Notes under the pieces: generated by a model
Database searches by the model: none
What the model was told of the DNA's origin: nothing
What the model saw: only the letters and a program-made list of their open reading frames with translations
Shown: positions 1 through 11,457 of the stretch, piece after piece
Numbering within the stretch: position 1 is the first letter of the stretch
How the letters are laid out: each line of letters begins with the position of its first letter
Assembly: GCF_003790525.1 (NCBI RefSeq)
Contig: NZ_CP033635.1
Strand: one strand, 5' to 3'
Source of the DNA: Escherichia coli
GTDB lineage: Bacteria > Pseudomonadota > Gammaproteobacteria > Enterobacterales > Enterobacteriaceae
Length of the DNA: 64,000 bases
Translations under genes and position numbers: made by a program

Positions 1-504
1 ATCCCTCTGGCCGCTGCGGGCCAGGTACTGACCATCATCGTTCGTACTATCACCGTTGCTTTCCAGCACGCTGCGGATAAGGCTGCTGATAACGGCAACC
101 TGACAGCGATTTCCTGGATCCACGTTTCTTCTCTGTTCCTGCAAGCAATGCGTGTGGCTATTCCGGCCGTCATCGTTGCGCTGTCTGTTGGTACCAGCGA
201 AGTCCAGAACATGCTGAATGCGATTCCGGAAGTGGTGACCAATGGTCTGAATATCGCAGGTGGCATGATCGTAGTGGTTGGTTATGCGATGGTTATCAAC
301 ATGATGCGTGCTGGCTACCTGATGCCGTTCTTCTACCTCGGCTTCGTAACCGCAGCATTCACCAACTTTAACCTGGTTGCTCTGGGTGTGATTGGTACTG
401 TTATGGCAGTGCTCTACATCCAACTTAGCCCGAAATACAACCGCGTAGCCGGTGCGCCTGCTCAGGCAGCTGGTAACAACGATCTCGATAACGAACTGGA
501 CTAA
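1..504 (+). CDS. manY: PTS mannose transporter IIC component, 3' part (gene starts upstream of window)
   Basis: Frame continuous from position 1 to stop at 502-504; hydrophobic membrane protein; immediately upstream of manZ. Confidence 0.85.
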   Translation: MPLAAAGQVLTIIVRTITVAFQHAADKAADNGNLTAISWIHVSSLFLQAMRVAIPAVIVALSVGTSEVQNMLNAIPEVVTNGLNIAGGMIVVVGYAMVINMMRAGYLMPFFYLGFVTAAFTNFNLVALGVIGTVMAVLYIQLSPKYNRVAGAPAQAAGNNDLDNELD

Positions 505-507
505 CAG

Positions 508-1368
508 GTGAGCGAAATGGTTGATACAACTCAAACTACCACCGAGAAAAAACTCACTCAAAGTGATATTCGTGGCGTCTTCCTGCGTTCTAACCTCTTC
601 CAGGGTTCATGGAACTTCGAACGTATGCAGGCACTGGGTTTCTGCTTCTCTATGGTACCGGCAATTCGTCGACTCTACCCTGAGAACAACGAAGCTCGTA
701 AACAAGCTATTCGCCGTCACCTGGAGTTCTTCAACACCCAGCCGTTCGTGGCTGCGCCGATTCTCGGCGTAACCCTGGCGCTGGAAGAACAGCGTGCTAA
801 TGGCGCAGAGATCGATGACGGTGCTATCAACGGTATCAAAGTCGGTTTGATGGGGCCGCTGGCTGGTGTAGGCGACCCGATCTTCTGGGGAACCGTACGT
901 CCGGTATTTGCAGCGCTGGGTGCCGGTATCGCAATGAGCGGCAGCCTGTTAGGTCCGCTGCTGTTCTTCATCTTGTTTAACCTGGTGCGCCTGGCAACCC
1001 GTTACTACGGCGTAGCGTATGGTTACTCCAAAGGTATCGATATCGTTAAAGATATGGGTGGTGGCTTCCTGCAAAAACTGACGGAAGGGGCGTCTATCCT
1101 CGGCCTGTTTGTCATGGGGGCATTAGTTAACAAGTGGACGCATGTCAACATCCCGCTGGTTGTCTCTCGCATTACTGACCAGACGGGCAAAGAACACGTT
1201 ACCACTGTCCAGACTATTCTGGACCAGTTAATGCCAGGCCTGGTACCACTGCTGCTGACCTTTGCTTGTATGTGGCTACTGCGCAAAAAAGTTAACCCGC
1301 TGTGGATCATCGTTGGCTTCTTCGTTATCGGTATCGCTGGTTACGCTTGCGGCCTGCTGGGACTGTAA
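508..1368 (+). CDS. manZ: PTS mannose transporter IID component
   Basis: 286-aa ORF recognised as ManZ; GTG start at 508, alternative ATG at 517. Confidence 0.9.
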   Translation: MSEMVDTTQTTTEKKLTQSDIRGVFLRSNLFQGSWNFERMQALGFCFSMVPAIRRLYPENNEARKQAIRRHLEFFNTQPFVAAPILGVTLALEEQRANGAEIDDGAINGIKVGLMGPLAGVGDPIFWGTVRPVFAALGAGIAMSGSLLGPLLFFILFNLVRLATRYYGVAYGYSKGIDIVKDMGGGFLQKLTEGASILGLFVMGALVNKWTHVNIPLVVSRITDQTGKEHVTTVQTILDQLMPGLVPLLLTFACMWLLRKKVNPLWIIVGFFVIGIAGYACGLLGL

Positions 1369-1422
1369 GACTGTTGTACACTACCGGGGCCTTTTGGCCC
1401 CGTTTTTTTATCTGGAGGATTA

Positions 1423-1881
1423 ATGACAATCACGGACCTGGTACTGATTCTTTTCATCGCCGCACTCCTGGCCTTCGCGATCTACGATCAGTTCATCATG
1501 CCCCGCCGTAACGGCCCCACTCTGCTGGCAATTCCTTTGCTCCGGCGTGGTCGCATCGATAGCGTTATATTCGTCGGATTGATTGTCATTCTTATCTATA
1601 ACAACGTCACGAATCATGGCGCGCTAATAACAACATGGTTATTAAGTGCACTGGCTCTGATGGGTTTTTATATATTCTGGATCCGCGTTCCGAAGATCAT
1701 CTTTAAACAAAAAGGTTTTTTCTTCGCCAATGTCTGGATTGAATATAGCCGAATCAAAGCGATGAACTTGTCGGAAGATGGCGTGTTGGTGATGCAATTA
1801 GAACAACGTCGGCTGTTAATCCGCGTTCGAAATATCGACGATCTGGAAAAAATTTATAAGCTTCTCGTTTCAACTCAATAG
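1423..1881 (+). CDS. yobD: UPF0266 inner membrane protein
   Basis: 152-aa hydrophobic ORF, conserved position after manZ. Confidence 0.85.
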
Positions 1882-1894
1882 GTTATGAATTTAG

Positions 1895-2020
1895 CCAAAG
1901 CTATGTTTAGTGTATTTTTAATAATCAGACATAGCTTAGGCTATATTACCTCTTCCCTTATTTGTTATTTATTTTAACGTTTCATTGATATATAAATCTA
2001 AATGAAAATCGTTATCAATA
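1895..2020. promoter_or_regulatory. Candidate MntR operator (CATAGC/GCTAT palindromic half-sites) and Fur-like box (aatgaaaatcgttatc) upstream of mntP
   Basis: Palindromic motifs seen in sequence; mntP is known to be MntR/Fur regulated. Confidence 0.4.
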
Positions 2021-2084
2021 AAGTGATGAAATAATATATTCCAACAGTTGTTTTATATTCTCAAAATATGTTAAGGTTGCGCCC

Positions 2085-2300
2085 TCATTTGGGGAGTAGC
2101 CGATTTCCAGATTCCGGAAATGTACGTGTCAACATACTCGTTGCAAAACGTGGCACGTACGGACTGAACACTTTCAGTCAGGCGAGACCATATGCACATC
2201 AATCGCTATGCCTGCATGAACGCGAAAACCATCGCGGTTTGTTGTTCATGTATGCATGTTTGCTGGGGGCGATGATGTGTTTTATGGATACCCCGGTCAG
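2085..2300 (+). promoter_or_regulatory. yybP-ykoY family Mn(2+) riboswitch in the mntP 5' leader
   Basis: Conserved TTGGGGAGTAGCC element at about 2088-2100 and a long structured leader directly upstream of mntP. Confidence 0.6.
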
Positions 2301-2309
2301 GACGTTGTC

Positions 2310-2876
2310 ATGAATATCACTGCTACTGTTCTTCTTGCGTTTGGTATGTCGATGGATGCATTTGCTGCATCAATCGGTAAAGGTGCCACCCTCCATAAAC
2401 CGAAATTTTCTGAAGCGTTGCGAACCGGCCTTATTTTTGGTGCCGTCGAAACCCTGACGCCGCTGATCGGCTGGGGAATGGGCATGTTAGCCAGCCGGTT
2501 TGTCCTTGAATGGAACCACTGGATTGCGTTTGTGCTGCTGATATTCCTCGGCGGGCGAATGATTATTGAGGGTTTTCGTGGCGCAGATGATGAAGATGAA
2601 GAACCGCGCCGTCGACACGGTTTCTGGCTACTGGTAACCACCGCGATTGCCACCAGCCTGGATGCCATGGCTGTGGGTGTTGGTCTTGCTTTCCTGCAGG
2701 TTAACATTATCGCGACCGCATTGACCATTGGTTGTGCAACCTTGATTATGTCGACATTAGGGATGATGGTTGGTCGCTTTATCGGCTCAATTATTGGGAA
2801 AAAAGCGGAAATTCTCGGCGGGCTGGTGCTGATCGGTATTGGCGTCCAGATCCTCTGGACGCACTTCCACGGTTAA
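2310..2876 (+). CDS. mntP: Manganese efflux pump MntP
   Basis: 188-aa product starting [18 protein letters not shown]; internal start of the 206-aa track ORF. Confidence 0.9.
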   Translation: MNITATVLLAFGMSMDAFAASIGKGATLHKPKFSEALRTGLIFGAVETLTPLIGWGMGMLASRFVLEWNHWIAFVLLIFLGGRMIIEGFRGADDEDEEPRRRHGFWLLVTTAIATSLDAMAVGVGLAFLQVNIIATALTIGCATLIMSTLGMMVGRFIGSIIGKKAEILGGLVLIGIGVQILWTHFHG

Positions 2877-3682
2877 TAAGAACGCTGCCAGAGGTGAATA
2901 TTAAAGTCCGTCTGGCAGTCGAACACTTCTTTTGCGGCCAGTGTTTGCCAGACTTCTGACTTCGCACGCCAGGCAAACGGCGTCATCTGCAATAATGCGA
3001 CGGCTTCGTCACCGCGAAGACGCATCGGATAACACAACTCATCACTCTGCTGTAATGTAAAACCTTCCAGTTGTTCTGCATGTGGTGCATGAAGATGTAC
3101 TTCATTGTAAATCAGCCCCTTCAGCTCCATCAAATGTCGCGGTCCCGGCGTGGCAGTAATGACCCAACCGCCAGGCTTCACTACTCGCGCTAATTCTTCT
3201 GCTTTACACGGCGCGTAAATACGTATTATGGCGTCCATACTGGTATCGGAAAACGGCAAACGGTGGCTGGAAGCAACACAAAAAGTGACCTGCGGATAGC
3301 GTTTCGCCGCCGCTTTTATCGCTACCTTCGAGACATCCAGACCAAACGTGGTGATTTCGGGCAGCGCATCGGCAAATGCGTGTGTGTAATACCCTTCACC
3401 ACAGCCAATATCCAGCACCGCCGTGGCCTTTTCATCAAGCCGTTCCCGCAGTTGGGCGACAATTGCATCACGCAGCGGCTGATAATGTCCGGCATCTAAG
3501 AATGCGCGGCGTGCTTGCATCATTTCCGCGCTGTCGCCCGGATCACGAGACCGTTTATGCTGAACGGGCAGCAGATTGACATACCCTTCTTTCGCCATAT
3601 CAAACTGATGTCACTGGGGACAGATATAGCTGTTTTTTTCACGCGAAAGAGGCTGATGGCAAAGTGGACAGGAAAACGACAT
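2873..3682 (-). CDS. rlmA: 23S rRNA (guanine745-N1)-methyltransferase
   Basis: Track ORF extended upstream to ATG at 3682, giving a 269-aa protein with N-terminal MSFSCPLC zinc-finger motif. Confidence 0.9.
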
Positions 3683-3847
3683 GACAACTCCGGCAGGATA
3701 CTAAAGGCCGCAAGTGTAACGCGAATCACGCGGCGGGCAAATATCCGAACGCCAGGAGCGAAGATAAAGCAAAGTAAAAAGCCTCGCATTCGGCGAGGCT
3801 TTATAGCGAGATTGAAGCGTATTCACACTTCAGATCAGTGGATTCGA

Positions 3848-4057
3848 TCAGATAGCTGTTACGTTAACAGCTGCCGGACCTTTCTGGCCGTCCTGAATTT
3901 CGAACTCAACGTTCTGACCTTCAGCCAGAGTTTTGAAGCCATTACCCTGGATAGCGGAGAAGTGTACGAACACGTCTTTGCTGCCATCAGCCGGAGTAAT
4001 GAAGCCAAAACCTTTAGACTCGTTGAACCACTTAACCTGACCTTTAATCTTTGCCAT
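3848..4057 (-). CDS. cspC: Cold-shock protein CspC
   Basis: 69-aa CSD protein, [20 protein letters not shown]. Confidence 0.95.
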
Positions 4058-4069
4058 TTGAAAAATTCC

Positions 4070-4213
4070 TTAGATTGTTTTCTTCGCCCGCAGGCATAAC
4101 ATAGATAAAACTGACACATTACTGCATGAGGCACCAATATAAGGCTCGGCAGAGAAGCGGTATTCAACGTCAACGTGTTTACTCAGGACTTCTTTACTGA
4201 AAATGCCACACAT
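4070..4213 (-). CDS. yobF: Small protein YobF (not in ORF track)
   Basis: Manual reverse-strand translation gives a 47-aa [50 protein letters not shown] directly upstream of cspC. Confidence 0.85.
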
Positions 4214-4882
4214 AAACAGAACTGTACCTCGTTTAACCCGAAATCTGTTATCACATACAACGTTAATTATGGCAAGCCATTTTTAAACATGTCTCGATCA
4301 GACGCACAAATCTCGATACGTCTTCCACTTTTTTTGCACACTTATGCAACGGAATACGCGCCGATATATCATTGTGCTTAACCTTGCCAGTTCAGGCAGA
4401 TACTTAAACTGACGTATTTTCTAACATAGTTCAATAAGTTCAGTTGTTCCATGCCAATGGGAGAAGTTATTACATAGTGCGTGCAATATCACATTTTCTG
4501 CTATGCAATGAATAAAAAGTTATATCACTTTTTCTCATAAAACAGTCAGTTAACGGCCATCAATCACCCCAAAGAGAAGTCAATCGCCAAAGGTATTGTA
4601 AATTTAAAATAAGAAAAATTGATGAATGCGCAAAAAAATCAAGAGAGAAACGTTTCGCTAATAAATAATACCACGCTTAATCACAAATCCGATGTAAACA
4701 TCCTAATAAATTAATGGGCTAAATATCTTTTTCTGATATCCCGTTACGCAAATAAATAATATGATAATTATTTGAAGTCAGACCAGAGTTTTAATTTGAA
4801 GCAGTTGCACCATGACAGTGCGTATAATCAGGATGAATTGAGTAACCCTTCAACGACGGGGTTACTCAAGATTGAGGAAGGA

Positions 4883-5170
4883 TTATCGTTCGGCGACCAG
4901 ACGAATAATATCTTCGTCTTCAACCGATTTTTGACTCTCAACGGTCTTTTTATCTGCTTTCTCAGGTTCGTTTGCTTCGCACAAACGACGTAACAGAGCA
5001 TTTTGACGTTTTTGCTGATCCAGCAACGCCTCAAGCAGTTCAATCTGTTCGTTAGTCCGTGAACTGGCACGATTGATAAAAAACCACAAGATAAGCCCGA
5101 TAAAAAGAACCACCACCGATACAACCAAAGACGCAATGTTCATCACGCCTGAATTTACAACTTCGTTCAT
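4883..5170 (-). CDS. yebO: Small membrane protein YebO
   Basis: 95-aa ORF with one TM segment. Confidence 0.85.
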   Translation of the reverse strand: MNEVVNSGVMNIASLVVSVVVLFIGLILWFFINRASSRTNEQIELLEALLDQQKRQNALLRRLCEANEPEKADKKTVESQKSVEDEDIIRLVAER

Positions 5171-5244
5171 TTCACCACCTCTGAGTAGAGGCGCTATTCT
5201 ACCACTGCTGGAGAGGAAGAAAATCTAGTGCTGAAAAAATGATA

Positions 5245-5388
5245 TCACCACGGGATAAACTGGTTAATGGCACAAATTCCGCTGAAAAATTGTACATCCT
5301 GATCGCACATCATGTTGAATACCTGCGCCCAAAGCAGCAAGCAAGCCAACACCACGACAACCAGAACGACCCATCGAAACTTTTTCAC
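5245..5388 (-). CDS. mgrB: PhoQ-inhibiting small membrane protein MgrB (not in ORF track)
   Basis: Manual translation from a GTG start gives 47 aa (V/M)[46 protein letters not shown]. Confidence 0.85.
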
Positions 5389-5546
5389 TCCAATCTCCGT
5401 TTCACCTACCTTATGTCATTAAACTAGCATGCGTTAGTTAAACAGCGCCTAACTATGTCGATATTCGTGCTTTTTCAGAATGAGTCGCTTGCTTCAGCGC
5501 ATATTGCCGCTACGATTAAGCGAACATAAAAAGAGAAGAGGTTGTA

Positions 5547-5786
5547 ATGCGATTCATCATTCGCACAGTTATGCTGATAGCACTGGTATGGATAGGATTA
5601 TTACTCAGCGGATATGGCGTTTTGATTGGAAGCAAAGAGAATGCCGCGGGATTAGGTTTGCAATGTACCTATCTGACCGCCAGAGGCACCAGCACGGTAC
5701 AATACCTGCACACTAAAAGTGGTTTTCTGGGGATAACAGATTGCCCGTTGTTACGTAAAAGCAATATTGTGGTCGATAATGGTTAA
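5547..5786 (+). CDS. yobH: Small protein YobH
   Basis: 79-aa ORF with signal/TM-like N-terminus. Confidence 0.8.
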   Translation: MRFIIRTVMLIALVWIGLLLSGYGVLIGSKENAAGLGLQCTYLTARGTSTVQYLHTKSGFLGITDCPLLRKSNIVVDNG

Positions 5787-5887
5787 GGGTAATAAATAAC
5801 CAGATTCTCACTCATGAGTAAAATATTCTTATCGCAAGTGCGTTTAATATAACGCCACCTTCAACTTTATTTTTCTCATGCTAAATA

Positions 5888-5925
5888 AAGAACCTGTCTG
5901 TTTGATATTCAGACAGGTTCTTACT
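5888..5925. terminator. Hairpin terminator between convergent yobH and kdgR
   Basis: Inverted repeat agaacctgtctg ... cagacaggttct with T-rich flank on the minus strand. Confidence 0.5.
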
Positions 5926-5929
5926 CTCA

Positions 5930-6721
5930 TCAGAACGGATAGTCGTGATAACCCATTTGGGCAGAAATTTTGCGCGCCGCGGTATGCAACATTGCGACAT
6001 ATTCCTGTAAACGCTCTTCAGAGAAACGTAACGTCGGGAAGGAGATGCTCAAACCGGCAATGACCACGCCAAAGCGATCAAATACCGGAACCGCAATGCA
6101 TCGCAGCCCTTCTTCCTGCTCTTCATTATCTTCGCCATACCCCTGCTCGCGCACCTGGTCCAGAACGGGTAATAACGCTTCTGTACTGGTGATGGTCCGC
6201 TCGGTACTGCGTTTATACTCCACGCCCTCAAGAATTTGCTTCACTTCATCGCGATCGCGCCATGCCAGCAGTACCTTACCAATCGCGGTGCTGTACAGCG
6301 GATTACGACGCCCAATCCGTGAATACATGCGCAAATTGTACATAGAGTCAATTTTGTGGATGTAAACAATACTGTCTTCGTCCAGTGCGCCGAGGTGGAT
6401 AGTTTCTTTCGTCAGGCGGGAAATCTCACGCATCTGGATATCTGCGCTACGAATTAAATCGACGTTTTGCAACGCGCGAGCGCCCAGTTCAAACAATTTC
6501 AGGGTCAGCGAATATTTCTCCGACTCCCCTTCCTGCGCCACATAACCCAGGGTTTTCATGGTCTGTAAAAAGCGATAAACGGTGCTTTTTGACATCATGA
6601 CGCGCTGCGACAGCTCGGTTATCCCTATTTCGCGCTCTTCACCCAGCGCCTGCAAAATGCCAAAAACTTTCAGCACAGAAGATACAGAATCAGGCTGTTT
6701 ATCCAGATCTGCGTTAGCCAT
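5930..6721 (-). CDS. kdgR: IclR-family repressor KdgR
   Basis: 263-aa ORF with IclR HTH and effector domain. Confidence 0.95.
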   Translation of the reverse strand: MANADLDKQPDSVSSVLKVFGILQALGEEREIGITELSQRVMMSKSTVYRFLQTMKTLGYVAQEGESEKYSLTLKLFELGARALQNVDLIRSADIQMREISRLTKETIHLGALDEDSIVYIHKIDSMYNLRMYSRIGRRNPLYSTAIGKVLLAWRDRDEVKQILEGVEYKRSTERTITSTEALLPVLDQVREQGYGEDNEEQEEGLRCIAVPVFDRFGVVIAGLSISFPTLRFSEERLQEYVAMLHTAARKISAQMGYHDYPF

Positions 6722-6897
6722 TTATCACCTCATTGCGAGTGTTTTATAAAAATCAGAACTGTTTTTTATTATAATTTCGCACCTGGGTGGTCGCAATCCA
6801 TCTTTTGCCGGTTAGTTACAATTCTGCGACATCCACCGTGAATATCAGTGCTAGAATCATACCCCTGTTGATTATTCACCAAAGATATAAAATTCCT

Positions 6898-8271
6898 ATG
6901 CCAAAAGTTCAGGCCGACGGCCTGCCATTGCCCCAGCGATACGGTGCGATATTAACCATTGTGATTGGTATTTCGATGGCTGTCCTTGACGGCGCAATCG
7001 CCAACGTCGCCCTGCCAACAATCGCCACGGACCTTCATGCCACGCCAGCCAGTTCCATCTGGGTAGTGAACGCCTATCAAATCGCCATTGTCATCTCCCT
7101 GCTCTCATTTTCGTTTCTGGGCGATATGTTTGGCTATCGACGTATTTATAAATGCGGTCTGGTCGTTTTTCTGTTGTCTTCACTGTTCTGCGCCCTTTCT
7201 GATTCGCTGCAAATGCTCACCCTTGCGCGTGTCATACAAGGTTTCGGCGGTGCAGCGTTGATGAGCGTTAATACCGCACTTATCCGCCTGATCTATCCAC
7301 AACGTTTTCTGGGTAGAGGGATGGGCATAAACTCGTTTATTGTTGCCGTCTCTTCTGCTGCCGGGCCGACAATTGCTGCAGCAATCCTCTCCATCGCATC
7401 CTGGAAATGGTTATTTTTAATCAACGTACCGTTGGGTATTATCGCCCTGCTTCTGGCGATGCGTTTTCTGCCACCCAATGGTTCTCGCGCCAGTAAACCC
7501 CGTTTCGACCTGCCCAGCGCCGTGATGAACGCGTTAACCTTCGGCCTGCTTATTACTGCATTGAGTGGTTTCGCTCAGAGGCAATCGCTGACATTGATTG
7601 GTGCGGAACTGGTGGTAATGGTTGTCGTTGGTATTTTCTTTATTCGCCGCCAGCTTTCTCTTCCCGTACCGCTGCTACCGGTGGATTTACTGCGTATCCC
7701 GCTGTTTTCACTTTCTATTTGCACATCTGTTTGCTCTTTCTGCGCACAAATGCTGGCAATGGTTTCCCTTCCCTTTTACCTGCAAACCGTGCTCGGGCGT
7801 AGTGAAGTCGAAACAGGTTTACTTCTGACACCGTGGCCGTTAGCAACAATGGTGATGGCTCCACTGGCAGGCTATTTGATTGAACGCGTACATGCAGGAT
7901 TGCTGGGTGCTTTAGGGTTATTCATCATGGCTGCGGGGCTTTTTTCCCTGGTTCTGCTGCCAGCGTCACCTGCGGATATCAATATTATCTGGCCGATGAT
8001 CTTATGTGGTGCTGGATTTGGCTTGTTCCAGTCACCCAATAACCACACCATTATTACCTCCGCTCCTCGCGAACGTAGCGGTGAAGCCAGTGGCATGTTA
8101 GGGACGGCTCGTCTTCTGGGTCAGAGTAGCGGCGCGGCTCTGGTAGCGCTGATGCTAAATCAGTTTGGTGATAATGGTACGCACGTCTCGCTGATGGCTG
8201 CGGCTATTCTGGCGGTGATTGCAGCCTGTGTCAGTGGTTTACGTATCACTCAGCCACGATCCATGGCATAA
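6898..8271 (+). CDS. yebQ: MFS transporter YebQ
   Basis: 457-aa multi-TM product starting MPKVQADGLPLPQRYG; internal start of the 494-aa track ORF. Confidence 0.9.
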   Translation: MPKVQADGLPLPQRYGAILTIVIGISMAVLDGAIANVALPTIATDLHATPASSIWVVNAYQIAIVISLLSFSFLGDMFGYRRIYKCGLVVFLLSSLFCALSDSLQMLTLARVIQGFGGAALMSVNTALIRLIYPQRFLGRGMGINSFIVAVSSAAGPTIAAAILSIASWKWLFLINVPLGIIALLLAMRFLPPNGSRASKPRFDLPSAVMNALTFGLLITALSGFAQRQSLTLIGAELVVMVVVGIFFIRRQLSLPVPLLPVDLLRIPLFSLSICTSVCSFCAQMLAMVSLPFYLQTVLGRSEVETGLLLTPWPLATMVMAPLAGYLIERVHAGLLGALGLFIMAAGLFSLVLLPASPADINIIWPMILCGAGFGLFQSPNNHTIITSAPRERSGEASGMLGTARLLGQSSGAALVALMLNQFGDNGTHVSLMAAAILAVIAACVSGLRITQPRSMA

Positions 8272-8316
8272 AAAAAGCGCGTCGATCAGGACGCGCTTTT
8301 TAGTATTTACTTCATA

Positions 8317-9198
8317 TTACTTCAGGTATTCACCCGTACGCAGAGCTTCAATACGTTTATCCAGTGGCGGGTGAGTCATGAACAACTCACTGAGCGATTT
8401 CGACTTCCCGTTAATGCAGAAAGCCATCATGCTGGTTGCTTCTTGCGGTTCATAGCTGGTTTTCAGGCGTTGCAATGCAGCAATCATTTTCTCGCGACCA
8501 ACCAGTTTTGCTGAACCCGCATCGGCGTGGAATTCACGATGACGCGAGAACCACATGGTGATAATGCTCGCCAGAATACCAAACACCAGTTCCAGAACCG
8601 TTGCAACCGCAAAGTAGATCAGCGGGTTGCCGTTGCTCTCTTCACCTTCATCACGATTTCCGCCCATAAAACCCGCGGCAAGTTGCGCCAGAATACGGGA
8701 AATAAAGATAACGAAGGTGTTCACCACGCCCTGAATCAGCGTCATGGTGACCATATCACCATTGGCGATGTGGCTGATTTCGTGAGCAATTACCGCCTCG
8801 GCTTCATCCGGGCTCATGTTCTGCAGCAAACCAGTGCTGACAGCAACCAGAGAAGCATCACGGCGCGCACCGGTTGCAAAAGCATTGATGTCCGGCGCAT
8901 GGTAGATAGCCACTTGCGGCATAGCGATCCCCGCCTGACGAGCCTGGGTTGCTACAGTATTAACCAGCCAACGTTCCCTTTCGTTACGCGGTTGCTCGAT
9001 CACTTCCCCGCCAACAGATCGTAATGCCATCCATTTGGACATCAGAAGCGAAACGAAGGAACCACCAAAACCGAACAGCAAGGCCATGATCATCAGCCCC
9101 TGAACGCTGCTCGACTGTATCCCTGTCAGGCTCAGTACCAGCCCGAAAACGACCATTACGGCCAGGTTCGTTAGCAGGAAGAGCGCGATTCGCATCAT
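8317..9198 (-). CDS. htpX: Membrane zinc metalloprotease HtpX
   Basis: 293 aa with HEISH zinc-binding motif. Confidence 0.95.
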
Positions 9199-9389
9199 AA
9201 TTTTCTTTTTACCTCAGTTTAACAAAACGCAATATGCGATACCCACATCGTATGGGTTACGCGACTATTTTCAAGTCTGGATAGTGCGTAAGTCACCAGA
9301 AAGACACAACTTTACATTTTGTAGCATCTGATTTACGGCATCTTGCCGCTGTTAAAAAATCAGGCACAATTTCTTGTGCCTGATTGATG

Positions 9390-11438
9390 TTACTTGACGG
9401 GAGCGGGTTGTTCCGCGGGTCTGGCTTTTTCAAGCTTCGCCAGATCGAGTGCGATATTCACCGTCTCATCCAGATAAGGATCTGGCTCCTGGTAATCTTT
9501 CGGTAGATCATCCAGTTTCTTCAACTCCGGTTTACCTTCGCGTTTAAAGCGTTCGTTCAAACGCGCCAGACGCGTCGCATCATCTTCATTATTCTCTTTC
9601 TCACGCACAGCGTAATTCAGAGAAACGATATTGCGCTTGTCCTTCATAGCGTTGAAGCGTGCGATATCCTTCATGATGTTCTGGAACTCAGGATCTTTCG
9701 CGATACGCGCATTATGTTCCTTCAGCAGCTCCGGTTCAAAGGCCGTTAAATCTCCTGATTTCACATAAGTCGCGGCATCAATGCTATCCCACGGCAGCGC
9801 GTTATCTTCGAATTTCTCACCCGTTTCCGTTTCTTCATTACCCGTCGGCATGATGATGTCTGGCGTTACGCCTTTACGTTGCGTACTGCCGCCGTTAACG
9901 CGATAGAATTTCTGGATCGTGTACTGCACAGATCCCAGCGCTGGCCATTCAGGACGTAACATCTGATCGTAGATACGGTTCAATGAACGGTATTGCTGAA
10001 CGGTGCCTTTACCAAACGTCGGTTCACCCACAACCAGCGCACGACCGTAATCCTGCATTGCCGCGGCAAAGATTTCTGAAGCCGAAGCACTGAAACGGTC
10101 AACCAGTACCACCAGCGGGCCTTTATAGAAGACCTGTCCGTCGGTATCGCTGTCTTCACGAACTTTACCGTTGTTATCACGGACCTGAACAATCGGGCCG
10201 GATGGAATAAACAGACCGGAGAGCGATACCGCTTCGGTCAGCGCCCCACCACCATTGCTACGCAGGTCGATGATGACGCTGCTGACATTCTGTTTTTCCA
10301 GTTTCTGCAGCTGTACTTTGACATCATCTGTCAAACCCACATAGAAGCCCGGAATATCCAGCACGCCGACTTTCTCTTTACCGACGGTCTTCACCGACAT
10401 TTTAACCGCGCGGTCTTCGAGACGAATACGTTCACGGGTCAACGTTACAGTACGGGTCTTGGTCCCTTTACCAGCAGGTAAAATTTCCAGACGAACTTTA
10501 CTGCCCTTCGGCCCTTTAATTAAGGCAACCACATCATCAAGACGCCAACCAATCACGTCAACCATCGGCTTGCCTGTTTGACCAACACCGACAATTTTGT
10601 CACCAACGCTGATAGCTTTACTCTTCGCTGCCGGGCCACCTGCCACCATCGAATTGATAACGGTGTAGTCATCATCCATTTGCAGCACTGCGCCAATACC
10701 TTCCAGCGACAAACTCATTTCAGTGTTGAACTGTTCGGTATTTCGCGGGGAAAGATAGTTGGTATGCGGGTCGATTTCACGCGCAAACGCCGTCATTGCC
10801 AGCGAGAAAACATCTTCGCTGTTGGTTTGCGCCAGACGACGAATGGCAAATTTGTAGCGGCGAGTCAGGGTTTCACGAATTTCTTTATCCGTTTTTCCTG
10901 CCAGCTTCAGGCTTAACTCGTCGAATTTGACTTTACTGTCCCACAGCGCGTTCAACTCAGCCTCGTTTTTCGGCCAGGGCGCTTTGCTGCGGTCAAGGTT
11001 ATAAGTGTCGTTGCCGGTGAAATCCATCGGCTTTTCCAGTACCGACAAAGCGTACTGGTAACGTTCAAAACGACGCTTTTGCGCCAGATTGTAGAGATCG
11101 TAGAAAACGTCGAGTTTGCCTGAACGCAGTTCATCGCCTAACTCGGTTTTCTTTTTCGCGAACTGTTCAACATCGCTTGCCAACAGCACGTTGTGGCTGT
11201 AATCGAGCAGATTCAGGTAGCGGTCAAAGATTTTGGCCGAAAATGCCTGATCGAGGTCGAACTGGCGATAATGAGAACGGGTGAAGCGCGACGTTACGCG
11301 CTCACTTACCGTCGCATGCTGCGTCTCTTCCTTTAATACCGGAATTTGATCAGCACGCGTGATATCTTCTACAGCGAAGGTCTGGCCTGCTATTGCAAGC
11401 AGGCCAGCTAACGCGGTAAGCCTAAAAAACATGTTCAT
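9390..11438 (-). CDS. prc: Tail-specific periplasmic protease Prc
   Basis: 682-aa product starting MNMFFRLTALAGLL (signal peptide); internal start of the 698-aa track ORF. Confidence 0.95.
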   Translation of the reverse strand: MNMFFRLTALAGLLAIAGQTFAVEDITRADQIPVLKEETQHATVSERVTSRFTRSHYRQFDLDQAFSAKIFDRYLNLLDYSHNVLLASDVEQFAKKKTELGDELRSGKLDVFYDLYNLAQKRRFERYQYALSVLEKPMDFTGNDTYNLDRSKAPWPKNEAELNALWDSKVKFDELSLKLAGKTDKEIRETLTRRYKFAIRRLAQTNSEDVFSLAMTAFAREIDPHTNYLSPRNTEQFNTEMSLSLEGIGAVLQMDDDYTVINSMVAGGPAAKSKAISVGDKIVGVGQTGKPMVDVIGWRLDDVVALIKGPKGSKVRLEILPAGKGTKTRTVTLTRERIRLEDRAVKMSVKTVGKEKVGVLDIPGFYVGLTDDVKVQLQKLEKQNVSSVIIDLRSNGGGALTEAVSLSGLFIPSGPIVQVRDNNGKVREDSDTDGQVFYKGPLVVLVDRFSASASEIFAAAMQDYGRALVVGEPTFGKGTVQQYRSLNRIYDQMLRPEWPALGSVQYTIQKFYRVNGGSTQRKGVTPDIIMPTGNEETETGEKFEDNALPWDSIDAATYVKSGDLTAFEPELLKEHNARIAKDPEFQNIMKDIARFNAMKDKRNIVSLNYAVREKENNEDDATRLARLNERFKREGKPELKKLDDLPKDYQEPDPYLDETVNIALDLAKLEKARPAEQPAPVK

Positions 11439-11457
11439 GCCTGGCCCGGCCTCCGTT

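Noticed and set aside
148-504. 118-aa ORF as an independent gene
   Set aside because: The frame is open back to position 1 and the product is the C-terminal part of ManY; the gene starts upstream of the window.
4214-4882. Long AT-rich gap upstream of yobF-cspC as a possible inserted element or sRNA
   Set aside because: No ORF, repeat or terminator structure supports a gene; most likely the long 5' leader and promoter region of yobF-cspC.
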